DNA of 46,064 bases from a virus, in IMG/VR virus record IMGVR_UViG_3300045988_118513. The stretch is one strand, 5' to 3'. The first letter of the stretch is position 1; every line of letters starts with the position of its first letter. The position numbers and the translations under genes are program-made. A model generated the notes under the pieces. That model did no database searches. It saw only the letters and a program-made list of their open reading frames with translations, and was not told the origin of the DNA. Positions 13,692 through 21,114 of this stretch are shown piece by piece.

Positions 13692-14060
13692 ATGGAAGAA
13701 GACAACCTCAACAGTATCATCTAGGATATTCTGGAGGAAGCGGCGAACCGTATCCGCGAAGCGCTCGCCGAGAACATGGGGGCCAATAGTGAGGTGACTC
13801 GAAGCCTCACCAAGTTCGACGCCCAAACCGCAGACGGGGACGTGATTGTGCTCGACGCCGAGACAGAGCGAGCGGGCACGCTCATAGTCCTGCTTGGCAA
13901 CGAATGGGTGTGTAAGTACCCTACAGGCCGCTATGGCACCGAGTCGAAGCGGTGGGAATCGTGGGACGGGGAAGTCCGCACTGCGAGCGAGTTTGCCGAG
14001 ATGTGTCGCACCGCGCACACGAACGGCAACACCAACATCCTCATCCATAAAGGATACTGA
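13692..14060 (+). pseudogene. Family B member 12, interrupted by an in-frame TAG at 13722-13724 (the ORF track only reports 13776..14060)
   Basis: ATG 13692 has an AGGAA RBS. Translation reads MEEDNLNSII-TAG-DILEEAANRIREALAENMGANSE... in one frame. Member 10 has LNSIIK at the homologous place, so the TAG sits where it has AAG. ATG 13776 has no RBS. Confidence 0.55.
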
Positions 14061-14071
14061 GGGAGGCGAAC

Positions 14072-14464
14072 ATGGAACAGGATAGCCCTCAGCCCGTAGG
14101 GGCTGACGAGACATTCAGGAGAATGGGCGAAGCTTGCAAAGCGTTGTACGATGCCGCAAACCCGCCCGGCGAACAACTCCAAATCCCCATCCAGGGGATC
14201 GGTGAAACCCTCATCGGAGAGCGGGGACTAAGGAATCTCCCATACGGCACAATGTTGCGCGCAAGCTCCCCGTACCTGGTCGGGCCAAACCTGTATGTGC
14301 GCATCAAGGGCATTGGTAGTCGGCAGTGGGTAAACGGATATGGGCATACACTGTCCAGTCTTGATGTGTTCACAAACCTTGTGAACGAGGTCCGCTTTGA
14401 CGGCACTATCACAACCCTCACCTACGGGGCTCACACCATCGAAGAACTGCAGGCGAAACCGTAA
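14072..14464 (+). CDS. Hypothetical protein, family B member 13
   Basis: RBS gagggagg. Aligns with member 5 (KALYDAANPP...IGERGLRNLPYGTML...DGTITTLTYG). Confidence 0.75.
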   Translation: MEQDSPQPVGADETFRRMGEACKALYDAANPPGEQLQIPIQGIGETLIGERGLRNLPYGTMLRASSPYLVGPNLYVRIKGIGSRQWVNGYGHTLSSLDVFTNLVNEVRFDGTITTLTYGAHTIEELQAKP

Positions 14465-14473
14465 CACACACAT

Positions 14474-14564
14474 GGGGCGAGGCCCCGCGATAACCAGCAC
14501 CAACCAAACCCCACACCGGGGCAAGGAAGGCGCACGGCTATCGCGGGGCCTCGCCCCTTTTCTC
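14474..14564 (+). terminator. Perfect 19-bp inverted repeat (14474-14492 / 14539-14557) followed by TTTTCTC; the right arm alone also forms a compact terminator hairpin
   Basis: GGGGCGAGGCCCCGCGATA ... TATCGCGGGGCCTCGCCCC then tttt. The alternative fold is GGGGC-ctc-GCCCC plus a U-tract. It lies between block B and int. Confidence 0.6.
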
Positions 14565-14630
14565 ATGCCCGCAAAACAGGCAACGTCGTGCTACATTACA
14601 GGCAACACCCCCACGGAAAGGTCACACGTC

Positions 14631-15827
14631 ATGGCTAGGCGAGCGCTCCAACCAGGCGAACTCGGCAACATCACCACCACCAAAGTCAGCAAACAAGGCC
14701 GAGCCTGGACCGTCAACCCGGACGGCACCCACTGGCGGGCAAGCGTCCTCATCGGCCATTGCGGCGACACTCCCAAACGCATCCGCACAATCGCAACCAG
14801 CAAACGCCAAGCCGTAAGGCAATGCGAGGAACAAGCCAAACAACACATTGACGACGCGAAACGCGCGTCAGGCGTCATCACCGGAGCGTCCACGCCACGG
14901 GAAGTCTGGGACGCATACGCGCGGTCGCGTCGCCACCAGGCCCTCGCCCCGGCCACCAGGCGCAACTACGAGACCGCCATAGCCGACAGCCAACATGAAA
15001 ACCCGCACTGGTGGAACCTCCCCCTCAACGAAGCCATCACCGTATCAGCCCTCACCACGCTCTACGACGGGTACGTCGCCAAGCACGGGTGCGGGCGCGC
15101 TAGGACCAGCCTGCGGGCCGCGCTAGGCGTCGCCCTCAAGCTCGCATCCGACGCCATTAACCTGTCCCCATTCCACGCCACACGCCCCACAGACACGCCC
15201 ATCACAAACCCCGTCCGCGCACGACTGGACACTGACCGCATCCTCCCTCCCGAGGAAATGCGCGATCTCGTCACCGCGCTTGAACGGTACGACGCGAAAC
15301 GAATCCCCGAACGAGACGCAGTAGACGCTCTCGTCCTCCAAGCCCACCTTGGCCTGCGAGCGGGAGAGTTGTTCTCTCTCGCGTGGGGCAACATCGACCT
15401 CCGCGAGGGGACCGTGCGCGGCGTCGAATCCCGCAAGACCCACCGCACGTACCCAGATAAGACCCTGCCCGAATGGCAGGCCGACAGGCTGCGTGCCAGG
15501 GCCAAGAAAGCCACCCGCACAGGCAAGGACGTGCGCCTGTTCGACCGGGCACAAGCAACCATGTACCGCGAGTGCCGACTCCTCCTTAACAAGGTAGGCC
15601 ACCCAGGCCTGTCAATCCACGGCATCCGTAAATCCGTAGGCAGCATCGTCTTTGACACTTACGGGGCAAGGGCGGCGGCGGCGTGGCTCGCACACGCTAA
15701 CGTTCAGACCACTATCGCCTATTACGTGAAGCTCGACGGCGCAATGCCGGAAGGCCCCGTCGACCTGCTCAATCGTGGCGAACAGGAAAACAGGCAGCAA
15801 ACAGGCAATGCGCCGTCAGGCGAGTAG
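14631..15827 (+). CDS. int: Tyrosine integrase (398 aa)
   Basis: Frame 14397..15827 trimmed to ATG 14631 (RBS ggaaagg). The longer form would read through the terminator. Catalytic-type motifs: GLRAGELFSLAWGNIDL, HGIRKSVGS and AHANVQTTIAYY. Confidence 0.85.
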   Translation: MARRALQPGELGNITTTKVSKQGRAWTVNPDGTHWRASVLIGHCGDTPKRIRTIATSKRQAVRQCEEQAKQHIDDAKRASGVITGASTPREVWDAYARSRRHQALAPATRRNYETAIADSQHENPHWWNLPLNEAITVSALTTLYDGYVAKHGCGRARTSLRAALGVALKLASDAINLSPFHATRPTDTPITNPVRARLDTDRILPPEEMRDLVTALERYDAKRIPERDAVDALVLQAHLGLRAGELFSLAWGNIDLREGTVRGVESRKTHRTYPDKTLPEWQADRLRARAKKATRTGKDVRLFDRAQATMYRECRLLLNKVGHPGLSIHGIRKSVGSIVFDTYGARAAAAWLAHANVQTTIAYYVKLDGAMPEGPVDLLNRGEQENRQQTGNAPSGE

Positions 15828-15952
15828 ATCAAACCGTTGGGACTGTGCGGGAAACTGGCCTACAAATCATAGTACATCTGGTATTCTCACCTGTGGTTAA
15901 GTCCCGTGCTGAGTGTTGCGAGGTGAGAGCTGATTAGGCGCACGATGGCAAC

Positions 15953-16002
15953 AAAAAAGCCCCCCGCCCCTAACTGCCGGTCAAGCAGCTGGGAGCGGGG
16001 GG
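15953..16002 (-). terminator. Intrinsic terminator for the leftward early operon
   Basis: The minus strand reads CCCCCCGC...GCGGGGGG (8-bp GC stem, 15960-15967/15995-16002) followed by TTTTTT (15953-15958). Confidence 0.6.
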
Positions 16003-16049
16003 AAGCGGGGGAACGCAGAATTAACTGGCACCATTGGAGGCAACAGAGC

Positions 16050-16316
16050 CTAATCCACGCCCCCTGTTCGAGTTGCATAAACCCGAGAATGTGCTAAGCG
16101 ACCAAGCGCTGTTAGCGCCTGCAATTTACAGGCACCCAGCTCGCCGCGCAGGAGACGCAAGCATGCGACCGTATTGTCAAGCGAGTCGTGGCCGCACATG
16201 CGAGCCGACACGACAAGCAACAGGTCAGCCGCCACAATCGCCTCCCTATACTCCTCAACCTCGGCACGCAGGCCACGTTCAATCACGTTGAGACGATCAT
16301 GCACCGGGTCAGTCAT
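16050..16316 (-). CDS. Hypothetical protein (88 aa)
   Basis: ORF track. The start overlaps the upstream stop by 4 nt. It is the last gene before the terminator. Confidence 0.5.
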   Translation of the reverse strand: MTDPVHDRLNVIERGLRAEVEEYREAIVAADLLLVVSARMCGHDSLDNTVACLRLLRGELGACKLQALTALGRLAHSRVYATRTGGVD

Positions 16317-16696
16317 AGGGTCACCTCCAAAGGATAATCGTCCAGGCCGTCATCCAGTGGGCGGCCGTTTAGGAACTCGCACATCTTCCTCACACCGCGA
16401 AACTCCCAACGGCGCACAGTCATCAGCGGCATGCCGAGCGCAGCAGCAACTTCCTCCTGTGTCGCCATGAGGATTAGCCGGTTGCCAATCACGTTTCGCT
16501 CGTCCTGGTCAAGCGCCCAGTAGGCGCGCTGAGCGTCCGCGCACATGGCCATCATGTCACCGCCCTCAGACGGGTCGCGCTTAGCCCTCGGCATGCCATC
16601 CTCAATGTGCGTCTCGGATAGGCTCACGCCCCACCCGCGCTGCTTGTCGAACGCAAGCGGTAGCAGTCTTACGATCATTCCGGGGTCGTATCGCAT
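16313..16696 (-). CDS. DNA-binding protein with sigma-70 region-4-like HTH
   Basis: ATQEEVAAALGMPLMTVRRWEFRGVRKMCEFL resembles ECF-sigma region 4. A GGGGG..AGGAAA RBS is present. Confidence 0.5.
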   Translation of the reverse strand: MRYDPGMIVRLLPLAFDKQRGWGVSLSETHIEDGMPRAKRDPSEGGDMMAMCADAQRAYWALDQDERNVIGNRLILMATQEEVAAALGMPLMTVRRWEFRGVRKMCEFLNGRPLDDGLDDYPLEVTL

Positions 16697-16708
16697 TTTC
16701 CTGACCCC

Positions 16709-17095
16709 CTATCCAAGTTCGTCCACGTCCGCGTCGAAAGCCCACGGAACCTCATGTTCGTGGTGCGCATAGTCGGGATAGGACTTGAACAGCATGTCAG
16801 AAAGGACGTTCACCATCCCCGCCTCTCCCGCGTTATTCCAAGCGCTAGCGACCGTCTGCGCTCGTTCCCAGGCAGTCAGGTACAGCCAGCCCATAACCTC
16901 CTCGCGAGGCACGCGAGAGCGGCGACAGAACCAGTCCATGCCCTTACGGAAAGCCCGCCACAACATAGGCACCTGGCCCGGTACGTCATCCGAAATGGCG
17001 TCCAAGTCAGGCGGCTCCACTGCGAGCAGTTCCCGCACATGGTCAGCCGTCACAGGGTATTCGTCGTTCAGCGAGGGATCAAACCAGTCACGCAT
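16709..17095 (-). CDS. Hypothetical protein (128 aa)
   Basis: Strong RBS GGAAGGGGG 6 nt upstream of the ATG. No domain recognised. Confidence 0.65.
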   Translation of the reverse strand: MRDWFDPSLNDEYPVTADHVRELLAVEPPDLDAISDDVPGQVPMLWRAFRKGMDWFCRRSRVPREEVMGWLYLTAWERAQTVASAWNNAGEAGMVNVLSDMLFKSYPDYAHHEHEVPWAFDADVDELG

Positions 17096-17697
17096 GCCGC
17101 ACCCCCTTCCGTGAGGAGACTATTAACGTCCGTGCCGCGAGGGACCGTCACCCTCACGGCCTGCTGCAGGCTATCCGTTACGGCGTCGGCCAGTCGGTCG
17201 CCCGCCTCGTCCCCGTCAGCCCACACGTACACGCGCTCGCACCCTGAGAATGCGAGGCCCATCCATGGCTTCCAGTAGGACGCGCCCGGCATGCCACACG
17301 CGGACAGGCCACACTCAACGAGACTCAGCGTGTCAATCTCACCCTCAGCAATGTGGGCAACCCTCGCCCCGGCCACACCATTCAGGTTGTAGATATTGAA
17401 CCGCTCACCAGAACGGCTTGTGTATTTCGGCTCCCCGCCGTCAAGGCGACGGAACCTAATCCCCGTCGTCACCCCATCCATATTCATGTGGGGGATAACC
17501 AGGCACCCCTGGTAGGGTTCGTCGCCCGGATACGGGTCACCAGCGTAGCCGAGTCGCGCGGCTTCGCATGTTGCGACGCTGAGACCCCGGCCCTGCAGAT
17601 ACGTTCTGGCCCCATCGGCCTGCTGCTGGTAGTGTGCGGCCCTCGCCGCCAGTTCCGCCACCATCGAGTCCGGTAGCGGTTGCATAACGTTTGGCAT
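17068..17697 (-). CDS. DnaG-like primase, catalytic/TOPRIM part (209 aa)
   Basis: Motifs YLQGRGLSVATCEAARLGYA, LVIPHMNMDGVTTGIRFRRL and AEGEIDTLS...VWADGDEAG (TOPRIM E and DxD). AGGAGG lies 11 nt upstream of the ATG. Confidence 0.75.
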   Translation of the reverse strand: MPNVMQPLPDSMVAELAARAAHYQQQADGARTYLQGRGLSVATCEAARLGYAGDPYPGDEPYQGCLVIPHMNMDGVTTGIRFRRLDGGEPKYTSRSGERFNIYNLNGVAGARVAHIAEGEIDTLSLVECGLSACGMPGASYWKPWMGLAFSGCERVYVWADGDEAGDRLADAVTDSLQQAVRVTVPRGTDVNSLLTEGGAACVTGLIPR

Positions 17698-17929
17698 CTA
17701 TGAAAGACCCTCCTGTTTCCTCCATGATCCAAGAAAGCCAGTCGCCGCCCCGCCCGCACCCGAAACAGTGCCACAGGCCCTTACCCCAGTCGATGCTGAG
17801 AGAGGCGTTGACGTCCCCGTGAAACGGACAGATAATCTTTCTTGAACCATGAGGGGCGTCCACATTGAAGTGGTCCAGCACTGCTTTCAGGCGACCGCCA
17901 TCGCCTGTCCGCGTGTTCCATTCACTCAT
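17537..17929 (-). CDS. DnaG-like primase, CHC2 zinc-finger part (130-aa ORF; its last roughly 50 aa look out of frame)
   Basis: CPFHGDVNASLSI...WHCFGCGRGGD. The ORF overlaps the TOPRIM ORF by 161 nt in a frame offset by 1. Confidence 0.7.
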   Translation of the reverse strand: MSEWNTRTGDGGRLKAVLDHFNVDAPHGSRKIICPFHGDVNASLSIDWGKGLWHCFGCGRGGDWLSWIMEETGGSFIDAKRYATATGLDGGGTGGEGRTLPAAGRWGQNVSAGPGSQRRNMRSRATRLRW

Positions 17930-17978
17930 ATGGACGCCCCCTGTCTGTGTGTTGAATTGGTTCCGTGTAAAGCAGCCC

Positions 17979-18344
17979 CTAGAGGCGCTTCATGAGGCGC
18001 GCGAAATCCTCCAATGTGAGGACCGCGTACGCCTGACCTGTCGGCTTCTGCCTGGCCTTGACGACTGCCACGCCGAACGTGTCCGACTGTGGGATGCCAC
18101 GGTTGTGCGCGTACAGTGCAGACTCGTCCGCCGCCTCGCGCAGGAACTGAGGGAGGCTCACCTGCCCCCGGTTCTTGGCTTCCAGTACGATGCGGGCGTC
18201 CGTGTTCGGGGTGCGCACAACGAGGTCGCCCTCGTCCACGGCCCCCAACTGTCGGAGTGGTTCGACGTCGAGCTGGTTGTCTCGCAGATACTTGCGGACG
18301 TCAGTCTCCCACGCCGTGCCCTTGGCTTTGTTCCTGTTCGTCAT
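17979..18344 (-). CDS. PD-(D/E)xK nuclease, Holliday-junction-resolvase-like
   Basis: Frame 17979..18500 trimmed to MTNRNKAKGTAWETDVRKYL...DEGDLVV...LEAKN (G-x-x-E, D, ExK pattern). An alternative ATG lies at 18362. Confidence 0.6.
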   Translation of the reverse strand: MTNRNKAKGTAWETDVRKYLRDNQLDVEPLRQLGAVDEGDLVVRTPNTDARIVLEAKNRGQVSLPQFLREAADESALYAHNRGIPQSDTFGVAVVKARQKPTGQAYAVLTLEDFARLMKRL

Positions 18345-18447
18345 CGCTTGTCCCACTTCCATTCGTCCCACAGGCCGCGTCCCATCCAGCCGAGAATGAC
18401 GCCGATAATCGCGTACTCTGCGAGGAGGATCATTGTTGATACTGGCA

Positions 18448-18765
18448 TCAGTCGCAATCCCCCCGCATGCACGCTCGGCACCCGAGGCACCGGGCCTCAT
18501 GATCCACTGTCTCCGCGCCCGTCATGTCTTGCACGTCCCGGTCGATCATGCCGACCACAGCGGACAGCTCACGCGCCCCACGCTTCAGGTCCGCCACGTG
18601 CTTTTCCGTGACAGTGAGGCGTAGTCCGTGGTCGAGTCCGGTCATCTCGGTTCGCGCCCACGCTTTCCGCACGTCCCGCAGGTCGGCTAGTATGCGCGTC
18701 AGAACAAGCCCTGTTGCGGCGGGACCCGCCAGAGCTACCACAAGGGCAATCGTTGCTACACTCAT
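18448..18765 (-). CDS. Membrane-anchored hypothetical protein (105 aa)
   Basis: GGAGGAAA RBS. N-terminal helix VATIALVVALAGPAATGLVL. Confidence 0.65.
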   Translation of the reverse strand: MSVATIALVVALAGPAATGLVLTRILADLRDVRKAWARTEMTGLDHGLRLTVTEKHVADLKRGARELSAVVGMIDRDVQDMTGAETVDHEARCLGCRACMRGDCD

Positions 18766-18780
18766 TTTCGTTTCCTCCGA

Positions 18781-18945
18781 TCAGCGCCAGCCGCGCTTCC
18801 GACTAAACCTGACCGCAGCAGTCTCAAGCCGATCAAGCCAGCGCTCCCACCAATCTCCTACCACCTCGAAAAGCAGGCACAGCAAGGGCATCACAAAGTA
18901 GAGCACCACTGATGCGATAATCATCGCGAGCAGAAAAGTCAACAT
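18781..18945 (-). CDS. Small membrane protein (54 aa; below the ORF-track cut-off)
   Basis: Hand translation gives MLTFLLAMIIASVVLYFVMPLLCLLFEVVGDWWERWLDRLETAAVRFSRKRGWR. RBS GGAAGGAAG. Confidence 0.5.
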   Translation of the reverse strand: MLTFLLAMIIASVVLYFVMPLLCLLFEVVGDWWERWLDRLETAAVRFSRKRGWR

Positions 18946-18969
18946 AGACTCACACTTCCTTCCATCATG

Positions 18970-19773
18970 TCACCCGCGCGCCCCGAACCAGGTTCGCGCA
19001 GGGTCACACGTCAAGCCGACATAACGCGACGCAGACGGGTCACAAAAACCATCCCTCTGCTTCACGCACGCGACATAGAACTCCTTGTTAATCGGGTCCA
19101 GTGCGACCGTCAGAGTCAACTCAGGCTTCTCCGACAAGCCATTCTTAATCTGGTCCCTCGATGGGGGCTTCCACGGATTCGACTTCGCATCCAGCGTCTT
19201 ATCCGACGCATGATGCAAAACGATCACCGTCGCCCCCGTAGTACGCGCAAACGCAATCACATCCTGCATGACCCCCATCTGCGCCTCATAATCCGACTCG
19301 CACCCGGCAAAATCCATGAGGTTATCGAATACGACGACCTTCGGGTATTCGTTGTGGAGCATGACGTAAGCGTTAAGCTCATCCTCCACCTGTTCCCACG
19401 TGATCGGGGAACCAAACGACAGCTCAATAGACAGAGACGCCGCCGCCTGTTCGATCTGCGCTCGCCCGTTCGTCGTGCTCATCATGGCTTCAACCTCCTT
19501 GGAGGTCATGCCAGTTGCGATACTTGCTAACCGTACGCCCGCCGTAAACGGGGCCATGTCCGCCGAAAAGTACAGTGTCGGCAAACCCATTGCCGCAACC
19601 CAGAACAGGGCAAACCCTGACTTCTGCGACCCGGAACGGCCAGCAACCATCACCACCTGCCCCCGCCTCGGGGTCACGCCCGCCTCATACAAATCCTTGA
19701 AAGCGGGAACATGGGGGAGTGGCTGCTGGCCGGACACGCCCTTACGGAGGGACTGGAATACATTCAGTCCCAC
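18970..19773 (-). CDS. RecA/DnaB-like replicative ATPase (267 aa)
   Basis: Walker A-like VMVAGRSGSQKSGF and Walker B-like VVVFDNLMDF. GTG start. The size and motifs are typical of actinophage DnaB-like helicases. Confidence 0.65.
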   Translation of the reverse strand: MGLNVFQSLRKGVSGQQPLPHVPAFKDLYEAGVTPRRGQVVMVAGRSGSQKSGFALFWVAAMGLPTLYFSADMAPFTAGVRLASIATGMTSKEVEAMMSTTNGRAQIEQAAASLSIELSFGSPITWEQVEDELNAYVMLHNEYPKVVVFDNLMDFAGCESDYEAQMGVMQDVIAFARTTGATVIVLHHASDKTLDAKSNPWKPPSRDQIKNGLSEKPELTLTVALDPINKEFYVACVKQRDGFCDPSASRYVGLTCDPARTWFGARG

Positions 19774-19781
19774 AGGCTAGG

Positions 19782-20255
19782 TCAGGCCCCAAAATCAGGC
19801 ATCAGGGGTTCGTCATTGAACGACGGCGCGTCAGGGGTGGCGCTCATCTTCGCACACAGGGCATCCGCGAACTCGTTGACCGGCCCCCACGCGGGCTCAC
19901 CCTCCCCAAGGTCCACGGTCGTCCAAAAGTTCTTTCCGCCGGCACCGCTCTCCTTAACGAGTCGGAACGGGCCGACCAGGTTACCAATCTGGCCGTTCAG
20001 AGCACGCGCGATGCCCTTGTTCGCGCCCCACGTCACGCCGAGCATCTCCTCGGGCGTACCCTGCTCGACGTCGGCCTGAGTGTGGAACACCCACGCGTCC
20101 ATCTCAACCTCGTGGCGCGTCCCTTCCTTGCCCTGGAAGTTCGTGGGAACATCGAACGTCACCTTGTGCGGGACGACGAGGATAGCGCGGGCGTTTTCAA
20201 CGTCCTTGGTGCGGAAGTAGCTGGAAGTGTTGGGCATCTTGACGACACGCTGCAT
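19782..20255 (-). CDS. Hypothetical protein (157 aa), possibly ssDNA-binding
   Basis: Frame 19782..20438 trimmed to ATG 20255 (AAGGAG RBS). The acidic-aromatic C-terminal tip NDEPLMPDFGA is reminiscent of SSB tails. The functional call is weak. Confidence 0.55.
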   Translation of the reverse strand: MQRVVKMPNTSSYFRTKDVENARAILVVPHKVTFDVPTNFQGKEGTRHEVEMDAWVFHTQADVEQGTPEEMLGVTWGANKGIARALNGQIGNLVGPFRLVKESGAGGKNFWTTVDLGEGEPAWGPVNEFADALCAKMSATPDAPSFNDEPLMPDFGA

Positions 20256-20392
20256 AGTGTGTTCTCCTTGGTTTCTCACCCCGACTGTTGCAGGGTGCTC
20301 ATGTTTTCTTGTTCTTGTTCTGTGCGCCCCCACCACGGGGGCAGTATCAGCGCGACTAACCGTGTTAGAAACGCGCCTAACGGCCTCGCAGA

Positions 20393-20563
20393 CTAGCCGC
20401 GAGGATTCATGCGGGCCTTCAGCTGGACGCGCCGCCACGCGTCCGCCTCGACCATCACCTCGCTACCGTCCGGCAGTCGCATAGCGAGGTCGTACAATTC
20501 CTCTACAGTCAGAGGAAACTCCACCGGAAGTGCAATCCAATGCTCGTTCATTTCGTAAGCCAC
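20393..20563 (-). CDS. Possible small ORF (56 aa, GTG start)
   Basis: Hand translation gives VAYEMNEHWIALPVEFPLTVEELYDLAMRLPDGSEVMVEADAWRRVQLKARMNPRG. AGGAGG lies 7 nt upstream. Confidence 0.4.
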   Translation of the reverse strand: MAYEMNEHWIALPVEFPLTVEELYDLAMRLPDGSEVMVEADAWRRVQLKARMNPRG

Positions 20564-20565
20564 GG

Positions 20566-21114
20566 TCACGCCTCCTTCTTCGACACGGCCGCGAGCTCAC
20601 GACCCCTGGCCTTCCACACCTCCACGAGGACCGGCTGGTTATTCATCGCCGTCCCGTAGCGACGCCACAACTCGTGCAACGTCGGCACATCCTGCGCGTC
20701 TGCAACCAGGTTGTAGATGTTCTTCTCATTGTCTGAGAGGTTTTCTAGCGGGTCCACCTCGCGGGCCTTCGGACGGTCCGCGTCGCCCTCATGCAGGCCA
20801 AGGTCTACGGGAACGTCGTCCACGATCACCCTTGCGGCAAGCTGGTCCACGACATTCCACTTACCCGTCAGGGCCTTCGCGAGCGACAGCACCGCGTCAC
20901 TCATGGGAACCTTCTCGTGATCCCAGCCCTGCCAGCCGAACGCATCCTCCAATGCGCGCTCAACCGACGCCACGCTCCCCCGGAACACCATCCAGGGCGC
21001 GTCATAGCCGCCGCCAGCCTTCATCGTCACCGTCACCTCGGCCGGGGTATCTACCGCCAGGGCGGTCGCGCGGCCAACGTCATCCCGCCACGGGGACATC
21101 TCCGGGACAGTCAT
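20566..21114 (-). CDS. Hypothetical protein (182 aa)
   Basis: ORF track. The ATG overlaps the Cas4-like stop (TGATG). No domain recognised. Confidence 0.65.
   Translation of the reverse strand: MTVPEMSPWRDDVGRATALAVDTPAEVTVTMKAGGGYDAPWMVFRGSVASVERALEDAFGWQGWDHEKVPMSDAVLSLAKALTGKWNVVDQLAARVIVDDVPVDLGLHEGDADRPKAREVDPLENLSDNEKNIYNLVADAQDVPTLHELWRRYGTAMNNQPVLVEVWKARGRELAAVSKKEA

Noticed and set aside
14397-14630. The N-terminal 78-codon extension of the integrase ORF, and similar 5' extensions of ORF-track entries (1420, 1927, 2616, 3570, 4990, 6169, 7915, 12394, 12837, 13222, 20438, 36075, 40246, etc.)
   Set aside because: The extensions run through terminators, tRNA-like elements or upstream genes and lack an RBS. 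In each case an internal start with an RBS or the conserved leader is available.
15895-15906. GGTTAAGTCCCG, which resembles a conserved 16S rRNA segment or a tRNA T-arm, downstream of int
   Set aside because: It is only a 12-nt resemblance with no flanking stems or rRNA context, so it is most likely chance. It is kept only as part of the attP search region.
16696-16709. 16709..17095 and 16313..16696 together as a split sigma factor
   Set aside because: Only the downstream protein shows a region-4-like HTH. I could not recognise region 2 motifs in the upstream protein, so the idea has no support without profile searches.
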